Shown here: positions 20,736 through 30,818 of the stretch, in pieces
How positions within the stretch are numbered: position 1 is the first letter of the stretch
Layout: each line of letters starts with the position of its first letter
Assembly (NCBI GenBank): GCA_027622665.1
Contig: JAQBYT010000005.1
Coordinates: 64,001 to 128,000, forward strand
DNA: 64,000 nt
From: Verrucomicrobiota bacterium
Lineage (GTDB): Bacteria > Verrucomicrobiota > Verrucomicrobiia > Opitutales > Seribacteraceae
Direction of reading: 5' to 3'
Program-made: the position numbers and the translations under genes
The notes under the pieces: model-generated
Database searches by the model: none
What the model saw: the letters and a program-made list of their open reading frames with translations, nothing else
Told to the model about the DNA's origin: nothing

Positions 20736-22772
20736 TCAAGGCTTGGATTCCTGTTTCTCGTCCAATTTTTCAAGCTCGACCGAGTCCTTGATTGCTCCTT
20801 GAAACTCCTTGTCAAAGGAGACCCGGTTTCCTGATTCGGTCTTTCCTCTGTTTTGATGTGGATGGGGGCGGAAAATCATCTTTCCTCCTAGCCATTCAAG
20901 CTTCGCAAGCCTGGGGGGCTTGCCATTCCAATTGCTCTTCCTTGCCCGCGGATCCTCCGTGCGGTTGGCCGGGGAAAGCAGAAGCTCGGTCGCTTCATCC
21001 CAATCCTTCATCGCTTGCCCTTTCGCATTACTGAACTGTGACACTTGCAGACTTAATTTGTGCACACCCCCTTTTGGCAAATCGACCAAGGCCACAAAAG
21101 TATCCCGCTTTCTTCCGGTATACCCCTGCCAATGATTCACATTGATTTGCACGCCGAGCTGGTTGCCATCTCCAAAGGTTTCGATTTCCACACCTAGCTC
21201 TCCCTGCTTGGGCCCGATCCAAGATGGATCGACAATCTTGCGGGTGGCATACTTCCAATGATGCGGATTTCTCCAACTCAAGCGATACCAGTCCTGCCAA
21301 CCTCTTGAGAAATCATCGATCAAGCGACTTGGTCTTTCGGTCGGTTTTGTTTTCGATTTCCTTAAATCCTCGGGATAAGCCGTCCGGTACTCGGAACTGA
21401 GGGTCAGAAGCTTGGTCGCCTCGGTTCCCGGACGGGGTGGAAGAGCCCTTGGCATCTCGTAGGTAAGGTTGGCAAAGGCGAAGAGCGGTTCTGCACTGTC
21501 GAACACCGGGCATTCCCCTTCGTAAACCTTCCCGGACTTTCGAACCTCGGCACCCCGCCAGAAACGAATGCGCGGATCCCTGGCATACCCGTAGTAGATC
21601 TCCACTTCCTTCACCGGCAAACCGCTTGATTGATCAACCTGCACCCGAAAGAGCGGAACCCCGTTATCCGTATTCAGAACCAATTCCGCGGGCGAGACTT
21701 TGGGAAACCGAAAGCTTTTCTTGAGGCGGGCTTCCATCCACATGAAACGGGCGGCAGAGGTTTGATCGGTAAAGCGATGATTCAAATGAGGAGCCAACAC
21801 GAGCATCCTCTCCGTTTCAGGAGGCAACTCGGACATGCCCTTGACCACCCATTCCGTCGGGGAGTTGAAATCATTGGTCGATCCGAGAAAAAGGATCGGG
21901 GCGGTGACGTGGGGCCAATGAGACTGGGCGGAGACACATTTGCGATAAAGGGCCAAACCGTCTTCCTTGGTCATTCTTCGGGCGCTCCCTGGCAAGCCCC
22001 ACAGGTCATCGTAGAGATATCCGCTCCCTCCTACGGAAGGTGAGGCCGCCTTGACCCGCGGGTCGATGCATGAAATTACGGTGGAACGCCCCCCCATCGA
22101 GTGCCCCTCCACACCAAGCTTGTCAGGGTCTACCCCTTCGGTTTGCTCAAGCATCGTCAAGGCCCGCCGCACGCAAATTGAGATTAAATTCCAACTGCTG
22201 TTCAGGGGGTGAGGTTCTTTGAAGAGGGTATTCGGATCGGGTCTGACGGTGTTGTGATGATCCAGTTGATCTGCCTTGGTCACCCCCGGACGAATGAAGC
22301 CCGCCGCCAAACCATCCCAGTCCGTGTTAGGCGTATCCGCTTTTTCCAAAACTTTTCCTCCCCAATTGATGCTCACGCACGCATATCCCATCTCCATCCA
22401 GTCCTCCACCCGTCTACGGTTTGCCCGCTGCCCACCTCCGTGAACGTGAACGATGCCCGGCTTGGACTCCTTTCCTTTGGGCAAGCCCAAATAGGCGGCA
22501 ACGACTGGCCTGGCGGATTTGTTACTCCCTTGAAGCTTGCCCAAAGAATAAAGAACGAGCCTTACATCGCCCTGTTCCGTTTGCCAGGATTCGACGACCC
22601 GGACGTTAAGTGGCTCCTTGCGGGCATCATAGCTCATCCAGAAATCGAGCATGTTGGAAACCAAATTTCTTCCGCCGAAAGACGGTATCCCCGTCTCACC
22701 GAAGGTTGAGAGGGGGGACAAGAAAATCAGCCCTAGCTTGAAAAGGAAACCGGTTTTGGGTTTGAAACTCAT
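20736..22772 (-). CDS. Secreted dienelactone-hydrolase/acetylxylan-esterase-like protein with C-terminal accessory domain
   Basis: HVHGGGQ, GVEGHSMGG, TNDFNSP, APHLNH; paralogue at 40489-42555. Confidence 0.8.
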   Translation of the reverse strand: MSFKPKTGFLFKLGLIFLSPLSTFGETGIPSFGGRNLVSNMLDFWMSYDARKEPLNVRVVESWQTEQGDVRLVLYSLGKLQGSNKSARPVVAAYLGLPKGKESKPGIVHVHGGGQRANRRRVEDWMEMGYACVSINWGGKVLEKADTPNTDWDGLAAGFIRPGVTKADQLDHHNTVRPDPNTLFKEPHPLNSSWNLISICVRRALTMLEQTEGVDPDKLGVEGHSMGGRSTVISCIDPRVKAASPSVGGSGYLYDDLWGLPGSARRMTKEDGLALYRKCVSAQSHWPHVTAPILFLGSTNDFNSPTEWVVKGMSELPPETERMLVLAPHLNHRFTDQTSAARFMWMEARLKKSFRFPKVSPAELVLNTDNGVPLFRVQVDQSSGLPVKEVEIYYGYARDPRIRFWRGAEVRKSGKVYEGECPVFDSAEPLFAFANLTYEMPRALPPRPGTEATKLLTLSSEYRTAYPEDLRKSKTKPTERPSRLIDDFSRGWQDWYRLSWRNPHHWKYATRKIVDPSWIGPKQGELGVEIETFGDGNQLGVQINVNHWQGYTGRKRDTFVALVDLPKGGVHKLSLQVSQFSNAKGQAMKDWDEATELLLSPANRTEDPRARKSNWNGKPPRLAKLEWLGGKMIFRPHPHQNRGKTESGNRVSFDKEFQGAIKDSVELEKLDEKQESKP

Positions 22773-22854
22773 GTAGCCAACCTAAACCATCTCAGGCAAA
22801 GGTTAAGCTCAGAAGCATTCGTTTGATTGGTTTCTTAGCCGACAAGCCGGACGG

Positions 22855-23682
22855 CTACCATCTGCGTGTGAACCCAAAGAATAGACCAAAATCCTCCGAC
22901 GTATTGTTCAAGCCAACCTGAGTTCCAAGATCAAGTACAAGATCTTCGTGTACGGTGTAGGTAAAGCCACCTGCCCCGAAAGCCCGATAGGACGGATCAC
23001 CCTCTATCCCGACGTACTCTACGAAGGAACCGAACCGTTGGTTCAGGTCGAAACCGAGCACGGCTGAGTGCAGAAACTCGAAGTCGTGGTCTTTGCGAAC
23101 CGCATCGTAGATGACGTCGAATTCAGCCATCAGGCCAAGGCCTATTCCTCCGGAAATTTCCGTAGCATAAGGAATGATCAAGCCACCCTCCCATTCGTCA
23201 TTGCTGAATTGCGCAGTCGTGGGGATTTTCACGAAGGGGAAAAGGGCGAGAGCGGAATCACCTCCGTCATTACCCCAAAGGTTGTATTTGAGCCTTAACT
23301 GGACATCGCCGAAGCCCTCTGAGTCCTTACCGACCTTCGGGTCTTCCCTGGTGTAGGTATCGAAAACGATCTGCAAATCCACATCGTTGGAGAGACCGAT
23401 TTTGAAGTTGGTCGACAGAAGGGTGTGAGTATCGCTTCCATCGTTTCTTCGCCAATCAAAGACACTGGTCTCTATCACGAAATGACCTGCATCCACGGTC
23501 AATGGACTTTCCGTCGCATCCGGTCGGTCGGGGGATAGCTCGCGCATGAGCTCACGGGGCGTCGGATTGAGGAGGGTGTATTGGCTCTTTGAACCAGACA
23601 CTGGCAAGCTATTCTCGGCAGCAACTTCCGGAAAGGGAGTTGATCCGATGGTAAGGCTAACAAGGATGGGGATAAGTTTCAT
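22855..23682 (-). CDS. Outer-membrane beta-barrel transporter (phenol MetA-pathway/COG4313-like)
   Basis: Signal peptide; LSPDRPDATESP.TV, GFGDVQLRLKYNLWGNDGG; C-terminal FTRRW. Confidence 0.8.
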   Translation of the reverse strand: MKLIPILVSLTIGSTPFPEVAAENSLPVSGSKSQYTLLNPTPRELMRELSPDRPDATESPLTVDAGHFVIETSVFDWRRNDGSDTHTLLSTNFKIGLSNDVDLQIVFDTYTREDPKVGKDSEGFGDVQLRLKYNLWGNDGGDSALALFPFVKIPTTAQFSNDEWEGGLIIPYATEISGGIGLGLMAEFDVIYDAVRKDHDFEFLHSAVLGFDLNQRFGSFVEYVGIEGDPSYRAFGAGGFTYTVHEDLVLDLGTQVGLNNTSEDFGLFFGFTRRW

Positions 23683-23746
23683 TTTTTCTAGTGAAAGATC
23701 AGATTTTGATTAATCAAAGTATCGTCCTCGAATGATCTTGTGTCAA
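23676..23746 (-). promoter_or_regulatory. Copy of the tro promoter/operator with perfect palindrome TTTGATTAATCAAA (23705-23718)
   Basis: Minus strand reads TTGACA-N17-GATACT...ATGAAAC; 62/71 ungapped identity to 1240-1310. Confidence 0.75.
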
Positions 23747-23786
23747 TCGTTGACGGCCTTGTTTTAAGCAGGTGCTTGGGCTTTAT

Positions 23787-25868
23787 TTACTCCGGCAAGG
23801 CAAAGGCCACCAAGCTGCCACCTTTTGGCCGACCGGATTTCCCGCCGCTCGCGGAGATCACAACGAATTGCCGACCCTTCACCATGTAGGTACTGGGTGT
23901 AGAGTTGCCGCTGAAGGGCAACTTTGCTTGGAAGAGCGTCTTGCCGTTCTCCTTGTCGAAAACACGGAAAGTTTCGTCCGCCGTCGCACCGATGAAGATC
24001 AAGCCTGATGCTGTCACCAAGGGGCCGCCGTAGTTTTCAGTCCCGGTCGGAGGTATTCCTCGGGCAGTCAGTTCCGGGTACTCGCCGAGGATCACCTTCC
24101 ACTTGATTTCGCCCGTGTTGAGGTCGACCGCGTTGAGGGTTCCCCAAGGCGGCTTGATGGCAGGATATCCTTCGGGGTCCAGCCAGCGTCGGAAACCTCC
24201 GAAGGCATAGGCAGGCGGTTGTTTTTTGTCTACCTTCGGGTCAGGCGCTCCCGTCTCGGGTCGTGAGGCGCTGGGCGCCTTGTAGTTCAATACGTAGTCG
24301 AGGATGGCCTTACGCTTGCCTTCCGGCATGACCGCGTAACCGGGCATGCGCCCTCCGCCCTGCCGTGTGATCAACTCGATTTCCTCACGGGTCTTCCGCT
24401 CGCCGATGCCAAGCAAGGGTGGAAATCCAGCCAGCAGGTTTCCTTTGCGGTCCAAGCCATGGCAAGCACCGCAAAAGATCATGTAGTCACGCTCCCCGCG
24501 AACCAGCTTGGACCCATCGGCCTTGCGCGTCTCGATCATCTGCAACAACCAAGGCATTTCATTGATATTGACGTAATAGATGCCATCCGGATCGGCTGCC
24601 CCACCACCCCATTCCATTCCGCCATCGTAGCCCGGAAACATTACCGTTTCCTTCAAGCTCGGGGCAGGAAAGGGCCCAAAGTTGGGCGAGGCCTTGATAC
24701 GATCCAAAGTAAGCTGATGGGTCTGCGGAGAAATGTTTGATGCATCGGCCTCGGTGTACTTCTGGCGCATGAGCGGCGGGGGCTTGGTTGGAAACGGCTG
24801 GGTCGGCCAAGCTTTTTCTCCTTCAAGGTCGGAGGCCTGCACCGGGCGTTCCTCGATCGGCCAGAGGGGTTCACCCGTTTCACGATTAAAGACAAACAGT
24901 AGGCCGTGCTTGGTTCCCTGGGCTACCGCATCGATCTTTTTCCCCTTGTGCGTGACCGTCACCAGTACCGGCGGACAGGGCAGATCTTTGTCCAGCAGGT
25001 CATGGTGCACGATTTGGTAGTGCCAGATGTGCTTCCCGGTCGCTGCGTTCAAGGCAAGCACGCAGTTGGCGAACAGGTTCTCTCCATGCCGCCGTCCACC
25101 ATAGAAATCAGGTTCGGCGGTCTTCGTCGCCACGTAGACGATGCCCCGTTTCTCGTCGAGCGACTGGCCGCACCAAGGCATCAGGCCGGTGGCGGTCTTG
25201 TAGGCATCCTTGGGCCAGGTGTGGTAGCCTACTTCACCGGGCCGTGGAATCAGATGAAAAATCCAGCGTTGGGATCCCGTGCGCACGTCGTAGGCCCGCA
25301 CCGCACCCTTGCCTCCAACGCCCCCGACGATGACGAGGTCCTTGTAGACCACGCCCGGTGTGTTCAAGCCCGAACCAAGCTTGATCGCCCCTTCCTTTCC
25401 AAAATCCTTGATCACCTTGCCGGTCGCCGGGTCCAAGGCAAAGAGCATCCCCGCAACCGCGGTGAACAATCGCCGCTCGGCGCCTTTCTCATTTTCCCAA
25501 TAGACCAAGCCCCGCTGCCGGGCGCTCCCTTTGCCCGGACCGTCCTTGGCCGGGTCCCAGATCCAGCGTACCGTTCCTGTCGCACCATCAAGGGCAATTA
25601 CTTTTCGAGTGGGAGTCGGTGTGTACACGATCCCATCAACAATCAGGTTGTTCGCCTGGTACTCGGCTTTGTCCCCAGTTTCATACCGCCATGCAATCCG
25701 GAGCTTCGACACGTTGTCCCGGTTGATATGCTCCAATGAAGAATACAGGTTGCGGCCTTTTCCGCCGAGGTACTCTCGCCAATCAGCGTTTTCTTTGGTG
25801 TCAGCCGACAGAGAACCAACGGCGAGGAATAGAGTGGTAGTCAATATATATGTCGTCCGGATGAGCAT
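23787..25868 (-). CDS. PQQ-dependent dehydrogenase (glucose/quinate family) with inserted cytochrome c domain
   Basis: W.EYLG...YSSL..IN, VHHDLLDKDLP, GGMEWGG, CGACH, PPWGTL.AVDL, GGPLVTASGL. Confidence 0.88.
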   Translation of the reverse strand: MLIRTTYILTTTLFLAVGSLSADTKENADWREYLGGKGRNLYSSLEHINRDNVSKLRIAWRYETGDKAEYQANNLIVDGIVYTPTPTRKVIALDGATGTVRWIWDPAKDGPGKGSARQRGLVYWENEKGAERRLFTAVAGMLFALDPATGKVIKDFGKEGAIKLGSGLNTPGVVYKDLVIVGGVGGKGAVRAYDVRTGSQRWIFHLIPRPGEVGYHTWPKDAYKTATGLMPWCGQSLDEKRGIVYVATKTAEPDFYGGRRHGENLFANCVLALNAATGKHIWHYQIVHHDLLDKDLPCPPVLVTVTHKGKKIDAVAQGTKHGLLFVFNRETGEPLWPIEERPVQASDLEGEKAWPTQPFPTKPPPLMRQKYTEADASNISPQTHQLTLDRIKASPNFGPFPAPSLKETVMFPGYDGGMEWGGGAADPDGIYYVNINEMPWLLQMIETRKADGSKLVRGERDYMIFCGACHGLDRKGNLLAGFPPLLGIGERKTREEIELITRQGGGRMPGYAVMPEGKRKAILDYVLNYKAPSASRPETGAPDPKVDKKQPPAYAFGGFRRWLDPEGYPAIKPPWGTLNAVDLNTGEIKWKVILGEYPELTARGIPPTGTENYGGPLVTASGLIFIGATADETFRVFDKENGKTLFQAKLPFSGNSTPSTYMVKGRQFVVISASGGKSGRPKGGSLVAFALPE

Positions 25869-25898
25869 ATTGTGAGCTTAGGGTCTGTCGCTGCATCG

Positions 25899-26500
25899 CG
25901 GCAAGTTCAGACCATGCGAGACTGACCTAATCCTTGATTGGGCGTGACCACCGGCCGACGCCATGTCCACGGGAAATCATGATCGCCTGGAGGTTGCCTG
26001 AATTATGAATGAATCTTTCGCCCCACAGGCTTCATGGAACTCCTGAATTACCGGTGCGGCAGCGGCCGGCTCCCATTCTGGATGAACCCCGTCACTTGCA
26101 GGAGAGTAAGAATAGAATACACGCGGTGCAATGGCCGCAAACGCATCCGGTTTCATCGCCAGACCTGCAAAGGGAATTGCAATCCCCCCCCGTCCTCTCG
26201 TCTACCTGAATGTTCGTGGCGCCATCTAGACCTTTGAGGTGAAACCTTCGATGCTCTTTTAGCCCGTACTGCAAATATTACGCGTCGAACAAAGTCCCCG
26301 ACGCGCCAAGCATGATCCGACCAAAACTATGGGCACCGCGGTCGGCCTTGATTTCTACATCGCTCGTCGAAGCCAGAAAATCAAACAGATGCAGAAATGT
26401 GGCATGCTTCCAAATCTCGTCATTCAATTTTCCATCGATCGCCCTCACTCGGCAAGTTAAGAGCATGGCAACTGATCTAATCCTTGATTGGGTGCGACCA
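25899..26500. repeat. Imperfect ~52-bp direct repeat (25899-25950 and 26450-26500) flanking ~500 bp of decayed sequence
   Basis: cggcaagtt...ctaatccttgattggg...gacca in both copies; 44/52 by manual alignment; 16-bp identical core. Confidence 0.75.
26278..26466 (-). pseudogene. Decayed remnant with a CBM9/DOMON-like start motif
   Basis: IDGKLNDEIWKHA motif; no long ORF. Confidence 0.35.
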
Positions 26501-26514
26501 TCGCCTGACCGAGG

Positions 26515-27747
26515 TCATTGTCTGGCCGCGACGGCCTTCCAGATCAGGCCCAACGCGATCAGGCTCAGACCAGTCAACAGGACGCGCCACTCCACGAAGA
26601 AGGCCAGCGAAAGACAGGTCAATAGGCCGAGGTAGGCCGTCCATACGGGGTACAATCGTTCCTCTGGTTTCAATCGGATGGCGCACAGGTTCGTGATGGC
26701 ATAATAGATCAGGACGGTGAAGGCGCTGAAGCTCCAGGTGAGTTTTACGTCGCCGACGCAGACCAGTCCGCTAACCATCACCGCGATCAACACCGTGGCC
26801 ACTTCGGGCACCTTGGTGGATTCGTTGATCCGTCCGCTGGCCTTGGGCAAATCACCCCGCCGACCCATCGCCAAGGCTACCCGAGACAAGCCCAGAAGAA
26901 GGTTGAGCAAGACGCTCAGTAAGGCAAGGGCTGCCCCCGCAGTCAGGGCCATGCCAAAAGAAGTTCCACCCATTTTTTCGGCGAGAAGTGAGAGCGACTG
27001 AAAGCCTTGGCCATCGGCATGCACTAGGCTCACTGCGCTTACGCCGAGGTGAAGCAAGGTGGCCAACCCTAGCGTGAGGATGATCGCCACGGGGATGGTC
27101 CGGCGCGGTTCGCGAACCTCCTCCCCCAAGGTGGCGATACGACCATAACCGGTGTACGCCACGAACATGAGAGCCGTGGCCTCGAGCAATTCGGACATCC
27201 GGGTGGAATCGAAGAAAGGTTTGAGAAGTTCGCTGTTGGTTTTCAAAGCCGAGGAGCCCACCGCCACGAAAGCAAGCAAGGTCAGCAGGACAGCGGATAC
27301 GATAACGGCATTCACGGCTTTGCTCTGTTGCATGCCGGTTAGGGTAATCAGCGTGAGTCCCACCACCGTGGCCAAACTGACTGGCAAAAGGTAATTAGGG
27401 GTCAAATACATGGCAAAAGCGAGGGCCGCCGTAGCGGCGGAGGCGGACTTGGCGCAAAGGAACATCCAGCCTGCGGTAAAGCCGAGGGACGGAGTCAGCC
27501 AGCGGTGCCCGTATTCGTAGGTGCCTCCGCTGACCGGATGATTGGCCGCCAACTGGGCGCTGCTCAGTCCATTGCAGGTAGCCACGACCGCAGCGAGAGC
27601 CAAGGCCAGCAGCAAGGAGGGTCCCGCAATCTGCTCTCCCATCCCGAGGCTGACAAACACCCCGGCCCCCATGATCGAGCCAAGGCCCATCAAAATGGAT
27701 CCGGGCAAGCCGATCACGCGAAGAAGGGGAGGAGAGGAAGAGGTCAC
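26515..27747 (-). CDS. APC-family amino acid permease
   Basis: GSIMGAGVF, SGGTYEYG, FVAYTGYGRIATLGEEVREPRRTIP; many TM helices. Confidence 0.9.
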   Translation of the reverse strand: MTSSSPPLLRVIGLPGSILMGLGSIMGAGVFVSLGMGEQIAGPSLLLALALAAVVATCNGLSSAQLAANHPVSGGTYEYGHRWLTPSLGFTAGWMFLCAKSASAATAALAFAMYLTPNYLLPVSLATVVGLTLITLTGMQQSKAVNAVIVSAVLLTLLAFVAVGSSALKTNSELLKPFFDSTRMSELLEATALMFVAYTGYGRIATLGEEVREPRRTIPVAIILTLGLATLLHLGVSAVSLVHADGQGFQSLSLLAEKMGGTSFGMALTAGAALALLSVLLNLLLGLSRVALAMGRRGDLPKASGRINESTKVPEVATVLIAVMVSGLVCVGDVKLTWSFSAFTVLIYYAITNLCAIRLKPEERLYPVWTAYLGLLTCLSLAFFVEWRVLLTGLSLIALGLIWKAVAARQ

Positions 27748-29201
27748 TTTCGTCGAGGCGCGGGCTTCGCCTTCTTCCTGAGAAATTGGATGGGACCATC
27801 GTGCTTAGGCACGACGACGGCTCGATAAGTGCCTATGCCCTGCATTTGGTTGAGAAGCCGGGTTTCGCCGAGGTCGGGATCTAAAATATGAACAAGCAAA
27901 GCGTCCTTGTCGACGACGACGGACTCGAGCTTGGGCGTGACGTACATGCTGTTTGCCCGCACGGCCACCAGCATCATGTGTTTGCCGAAGTCGATGGGCG
28001 GCTTCTGCAGCAAAGGATCCTTGCTCGGTGGGGCCGGGTTAGTCTTGGAGATCGTTTGCTTCGGGATCTTGCGAAGGAAGGCCTCGTAGTCGGTCTGCGT
28101 CTTGATGATCATTTCGGTCGGGCCGGTGTCGCGGAAGTTGTGGTCGAAACCCGTCGCCCGGATGCGCCCCTCGTAGGAGGCGACGACGGGGACACCTGGC
28201 TTGGCCTTGTTTTCGGTTTTCAGCGGCAACCAGGTGAAGCGGCCCCAGTTTCTTCTCGGCGGAACGATGGGCAATGCCTTGTCCCCGGAAGCGGAACCCA
28301 CCATGACGACGGGCGCTCCTCTCTTGGGATCGGGAAACGCTCTCGTGACAAATCCGTCGGGCGACCAAGTGGGGTCGTCCCCACGTCCTGCCTTGCGACG
28401 GTTATTGCCGTCGCTTCCGACCACCCAGACGTGAAAGGTACTCGCAATCATTTGGTCCCGCTGGGGGTGGGGAACCCCGGTGAACTTGCTCATGTGAATC
28501 ATCTCGACGCCTTCCCAATGGGCGATCCATTTTCCGTCCGGAGACCAGGCGGGCACCTTTTGCTCGAACGGCGCCTTGATCTGTTTGTGGTACTCCATCT
28601 CCGGCTTGGACACGAGCTTGGCGTCACTTCCATCCAGTGCGCTCATCCAGACCCGCATGTCGCCACTGCGGTTGGAGACGAATGCGATGCGGTCCCCTTG
28701 CGATGAAACCACCGGCATGGCGTTGCTGTGCTTCAATTGCTCCTTGTCGGTAAAGAGCCTCCGGGCCTTCCCCGTCCTGACGTTGACGAGGTGTATCTGG
28801 GCATTACGGGCCGGGTCTTGCTTTGGCTGGGGCTTCACCTTCATCCAGACCAGTTGCTCCGAGTCAGGCAACCAGGAGGGGAACAGGTTCATGCCTTCCT
28901 TGATCAGGGTGCGGACGTTTTGGCCATCGGGGTCGGAGATACGAATGGCCAACGCATGTCCAACCTGTTCCACATATGCCAACTTTGTGCCGTCGGGTGA
29001 GCAACTCGGCTGGCGACACCCGTGCTTGGATTGCGTGAGTTGCCGACTACTCGTCCCGTCCTCCTTCATCCGATAGAGTTGAAGGACACCCTTTTCATCG
29101 GCATGGCTGACGATCACTTCGCGCAACGCCGCAACGCCGAACAGTGGCGAGGTAAGTAGGCTTGTAATGAGAGCGATCGCGACAAGAGTAAATGGCTTCA
29201 T
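27744..29201 (-). CDS. Secreted TolB-like (PD40) beta-propeller protein with C-terminal PrcB-like domain
   Basis: SPDGTKLAY, PAWSPDGKWIA, PTWSPDG; C-terminal PPIDF.KHMMLVAV. Confidence 0.75.
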   Translation of the reverse strand: MKPFTLVAIALITSLLTSPLFGVAALREVIVSHADEKGVLQLYRMKEDGTSSRQLTQSKHGCRQPSCSPDGTKLAYVEQVGHALAIRISDPDGQNVRTLIKEGMNLFPSWLPDSEQLVWMKVKPQPKQDPARNAQIHLVNVRTGKARRLFTDKEQLKHSNAMPVVSSQGDRIAFVSNRSGDMRVWMSALDGSDAKLVSKPEMEYHKQIKAPFEQKVPAWSPDGKWIAHWEGVEMIHMSKFTGVPHPQRDQMIASTFHVWVVGSDGNNRRKAGRGDDPTWSPDGFVTRAFPDPKRGAPVVMVGSASGDKALPIVPPRRNWGRFTWLPLKTENKAKPGVPVVASYEGRIRATGFDHNFRDTGPTEMIIKTQTDYEAFLRKIPKQTISKTNPAPPSKDPLLQKPPIDFGKHMMLVAVRANSMYVTPKLESVVVDKDALLVHILDPDLGETRLLNQMQGIGTYRAVVVPKHDGPIQFLRKKAKPAPRRK

Positions 29202-29269
29202 TGCGGAATGGATGAAATCGTGGAGAAATATGGTTACCAGACTGCGCCCAAACTGTCAGTTCGAGTGAT

Positions 29270-30367
29270 TCAGTTTCCCTGATTGATTCGAATGAGTTTG
29301 CCGATCATTTGGTCGCACGTCGGATGAGAGTTGTCATCGCGGGAGTTCGTTGCCACCAGAAAAGCGCGGTCCAGCTGGGGAGCCACCCAGACGAGGGCGT
29401 ACCACATGGTGTTGCTTCCGCTGTGGTTCAGCACGGTGCCTTTCCCCCAAGGGCGCTTGGTCACTCTCCAGCCACCTGCATAGTTGCCCGTGGGCGTAAT
29501 CAATTTGTCCAAGATCTTGCGGTCCAGCCCGAGGTTCTTGCCACCTGGCAGTTGCATGGCGAGGAACTTCCCCCAATCCGCAAAGGATGCGTGCACGCGA
29601 CCGGCCGGGCCCAAGGCTTCCGCATTGTCGAATTGGCGGGGACGCCAGCCCTCACCGGAGCGAACGTGACCCCACGGCTGCTCCGTCTTCCCTAAAACGC
29701 CCGGAGGACCAAAGCCGGCCGAGTCCATGCCAAGCGGATCGAAGATGCGTTTTCGCATCAAGGACTCCCAAGTCGAGCCGGTGACCTTTTCCGCCATGCA
29801 TCCGGCGATCAAGTACCCCAAGTTGGAATAGTGATACTCCCCCTGCTTGCTGGTCGGCGCCTCCTTGAGGTTCTCCTGGAGGATCGCCAGGCGTCTTTTC
29901 TTAAGCTCCATCTTGCCGTGGGCCCACCAGTTCGCTGCGTTGGCCTCCACTCCCGCCCGATGGGTGAGCAATTGCCAGACGGTGATGGCGTGATAGTCAG
30001 GATGTATCTTACCCTTGAGCTCGGGCAGGACGTCGATCAATGAGGTCTCCCACGTGAGTTTGCCCTCGGCGATCAAGGTGGCCAGCAAGACGGAGGTCAT
30101 GGCCTTGGTGCAGGAACCCAAATGAATATGATCCTGCTCCGTCAGTTTCGTATCGGCTTCGATCTTGCGAACCCCGGCGGACCCGATCGCGAGGACTCCT
30201 TTCGAGGAAGTGATCGCGGCTACCATCCCCGGGACTTTCTCTTGGGCCACTGTTTCTACGAGAGCCTCTTGAATCTTCTTGAATTGCGCCTGTTCCTGAG
30301 ACGTCTCCGGATAGGCTGTTTGGATCAGCAAAAACAGCGGTACGATAGAGATTAGCTTCTTAGGCAT
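29270..30367 (-). CDS. Serine hydrolase, beta-lactamase/PBP-related family
   Basis: GSCTK (SxxK), LLTHRAG, YSNLGY, HSGSN. Confidence 0.88.
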   Translation of the reverse strand: MPKKLISIVPLFLLIQTAYPETSQEQAQFKKIQEALVETVAQEKVPGMVAAITSSKGVLAIGSAGVRKIEADTKLTEQDHIHLGSCTKAMTSVLLATLIAEGKLTWETSLIDVLPELKGKIHPDYHAITVWQLLTHRAGVEANAANWWAHGKMELKKRRLAILQENLKEAPTSKQGEYHYSNLGYLIAGCMAEKVTGSTWESLMRKRIFDPLGMDSAGFGPPGVLGKTEQPWGHVRSGEGWRPRQFDNAEALGPAGRVHASFADWGKFLAMQLPGGKNLGLDRKILDKLITPTGNYAGGWRVTKRPWGKGTVLNHSGSNTMWYALVWVAPQLDRAFLVATNSRDDNSHPTCDQMIGKLIRINQGN

Positions 30368-30377
30368 TACGAAAAAC

Positions 30378-30803
30378 TTATATCTTATAGACATTCCTCG
30401 TCATTTTAACATGCGGGATGCCAGCCTCCAAGAACTCTGGGCCAACCTTATTAAAACTGCACTTCTCATAGAAGGAAATCGCATGAGCCTGAGCGTGCAA
30501 GAAAACCTCTCGAAAATTTTCCTTTTCCGCCGTTTCCAGAAGAGCTTGCAGCATCTTCTCCCCTGTACCTTGCCCTCTCCATGAATCCAGAACGGCAAGG
30601 CGTCCAATTTTTCCATCCGGTTGCATTCTACCGGTTCCGATCGGATTGTCATCATCATCAGTTGCCACTACCTGAATGGACTGACTGTCCTTTCCGTCCC
30701 AATCAACTTCTCTCTCAACATTCTGTTCCTCTCCGAATACGATATCGCGTATGAAACGAATCTCTTTCTCGGCGTCTCTGAAAGAACGGATTGTGACGTC
30801 CAT
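30378..30803 (-). CDS. GNAT N-acetyltransferase (YjcF/ElaA-like)
   Basis: IR..VF.EEQ, IGRLAVL..WRGQG.G, LHAQ, FLEAGIPH. Confidence 0.92.
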   Translation of the reverse strand: MDVTIRSFRDAEKEIRFIRDIVFGEEQNVEREVDWDGKDSQSIQVVATDDDDNPIGTGRMQPDGKIGRLAVLDSWRGQGTGEKMLQALLETAEKENFREVFLHAQAHAISFYEKCSFNKVGPEFLEAGIPHVKMTRNVYKI

Positions 30804-30818
30804 GAATTGAATACCCTG

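Noticed and set aside
27744..29201. tolB
   Set aside because: PD40 repeats only; no TolB N-domain and no tolQRA/pal context
29270..30367. Antibiotic-resistance beta-lactamase
   Set aside because: Motifs fit the broad serine hydrolase family; nothing indicates AmpC-type function
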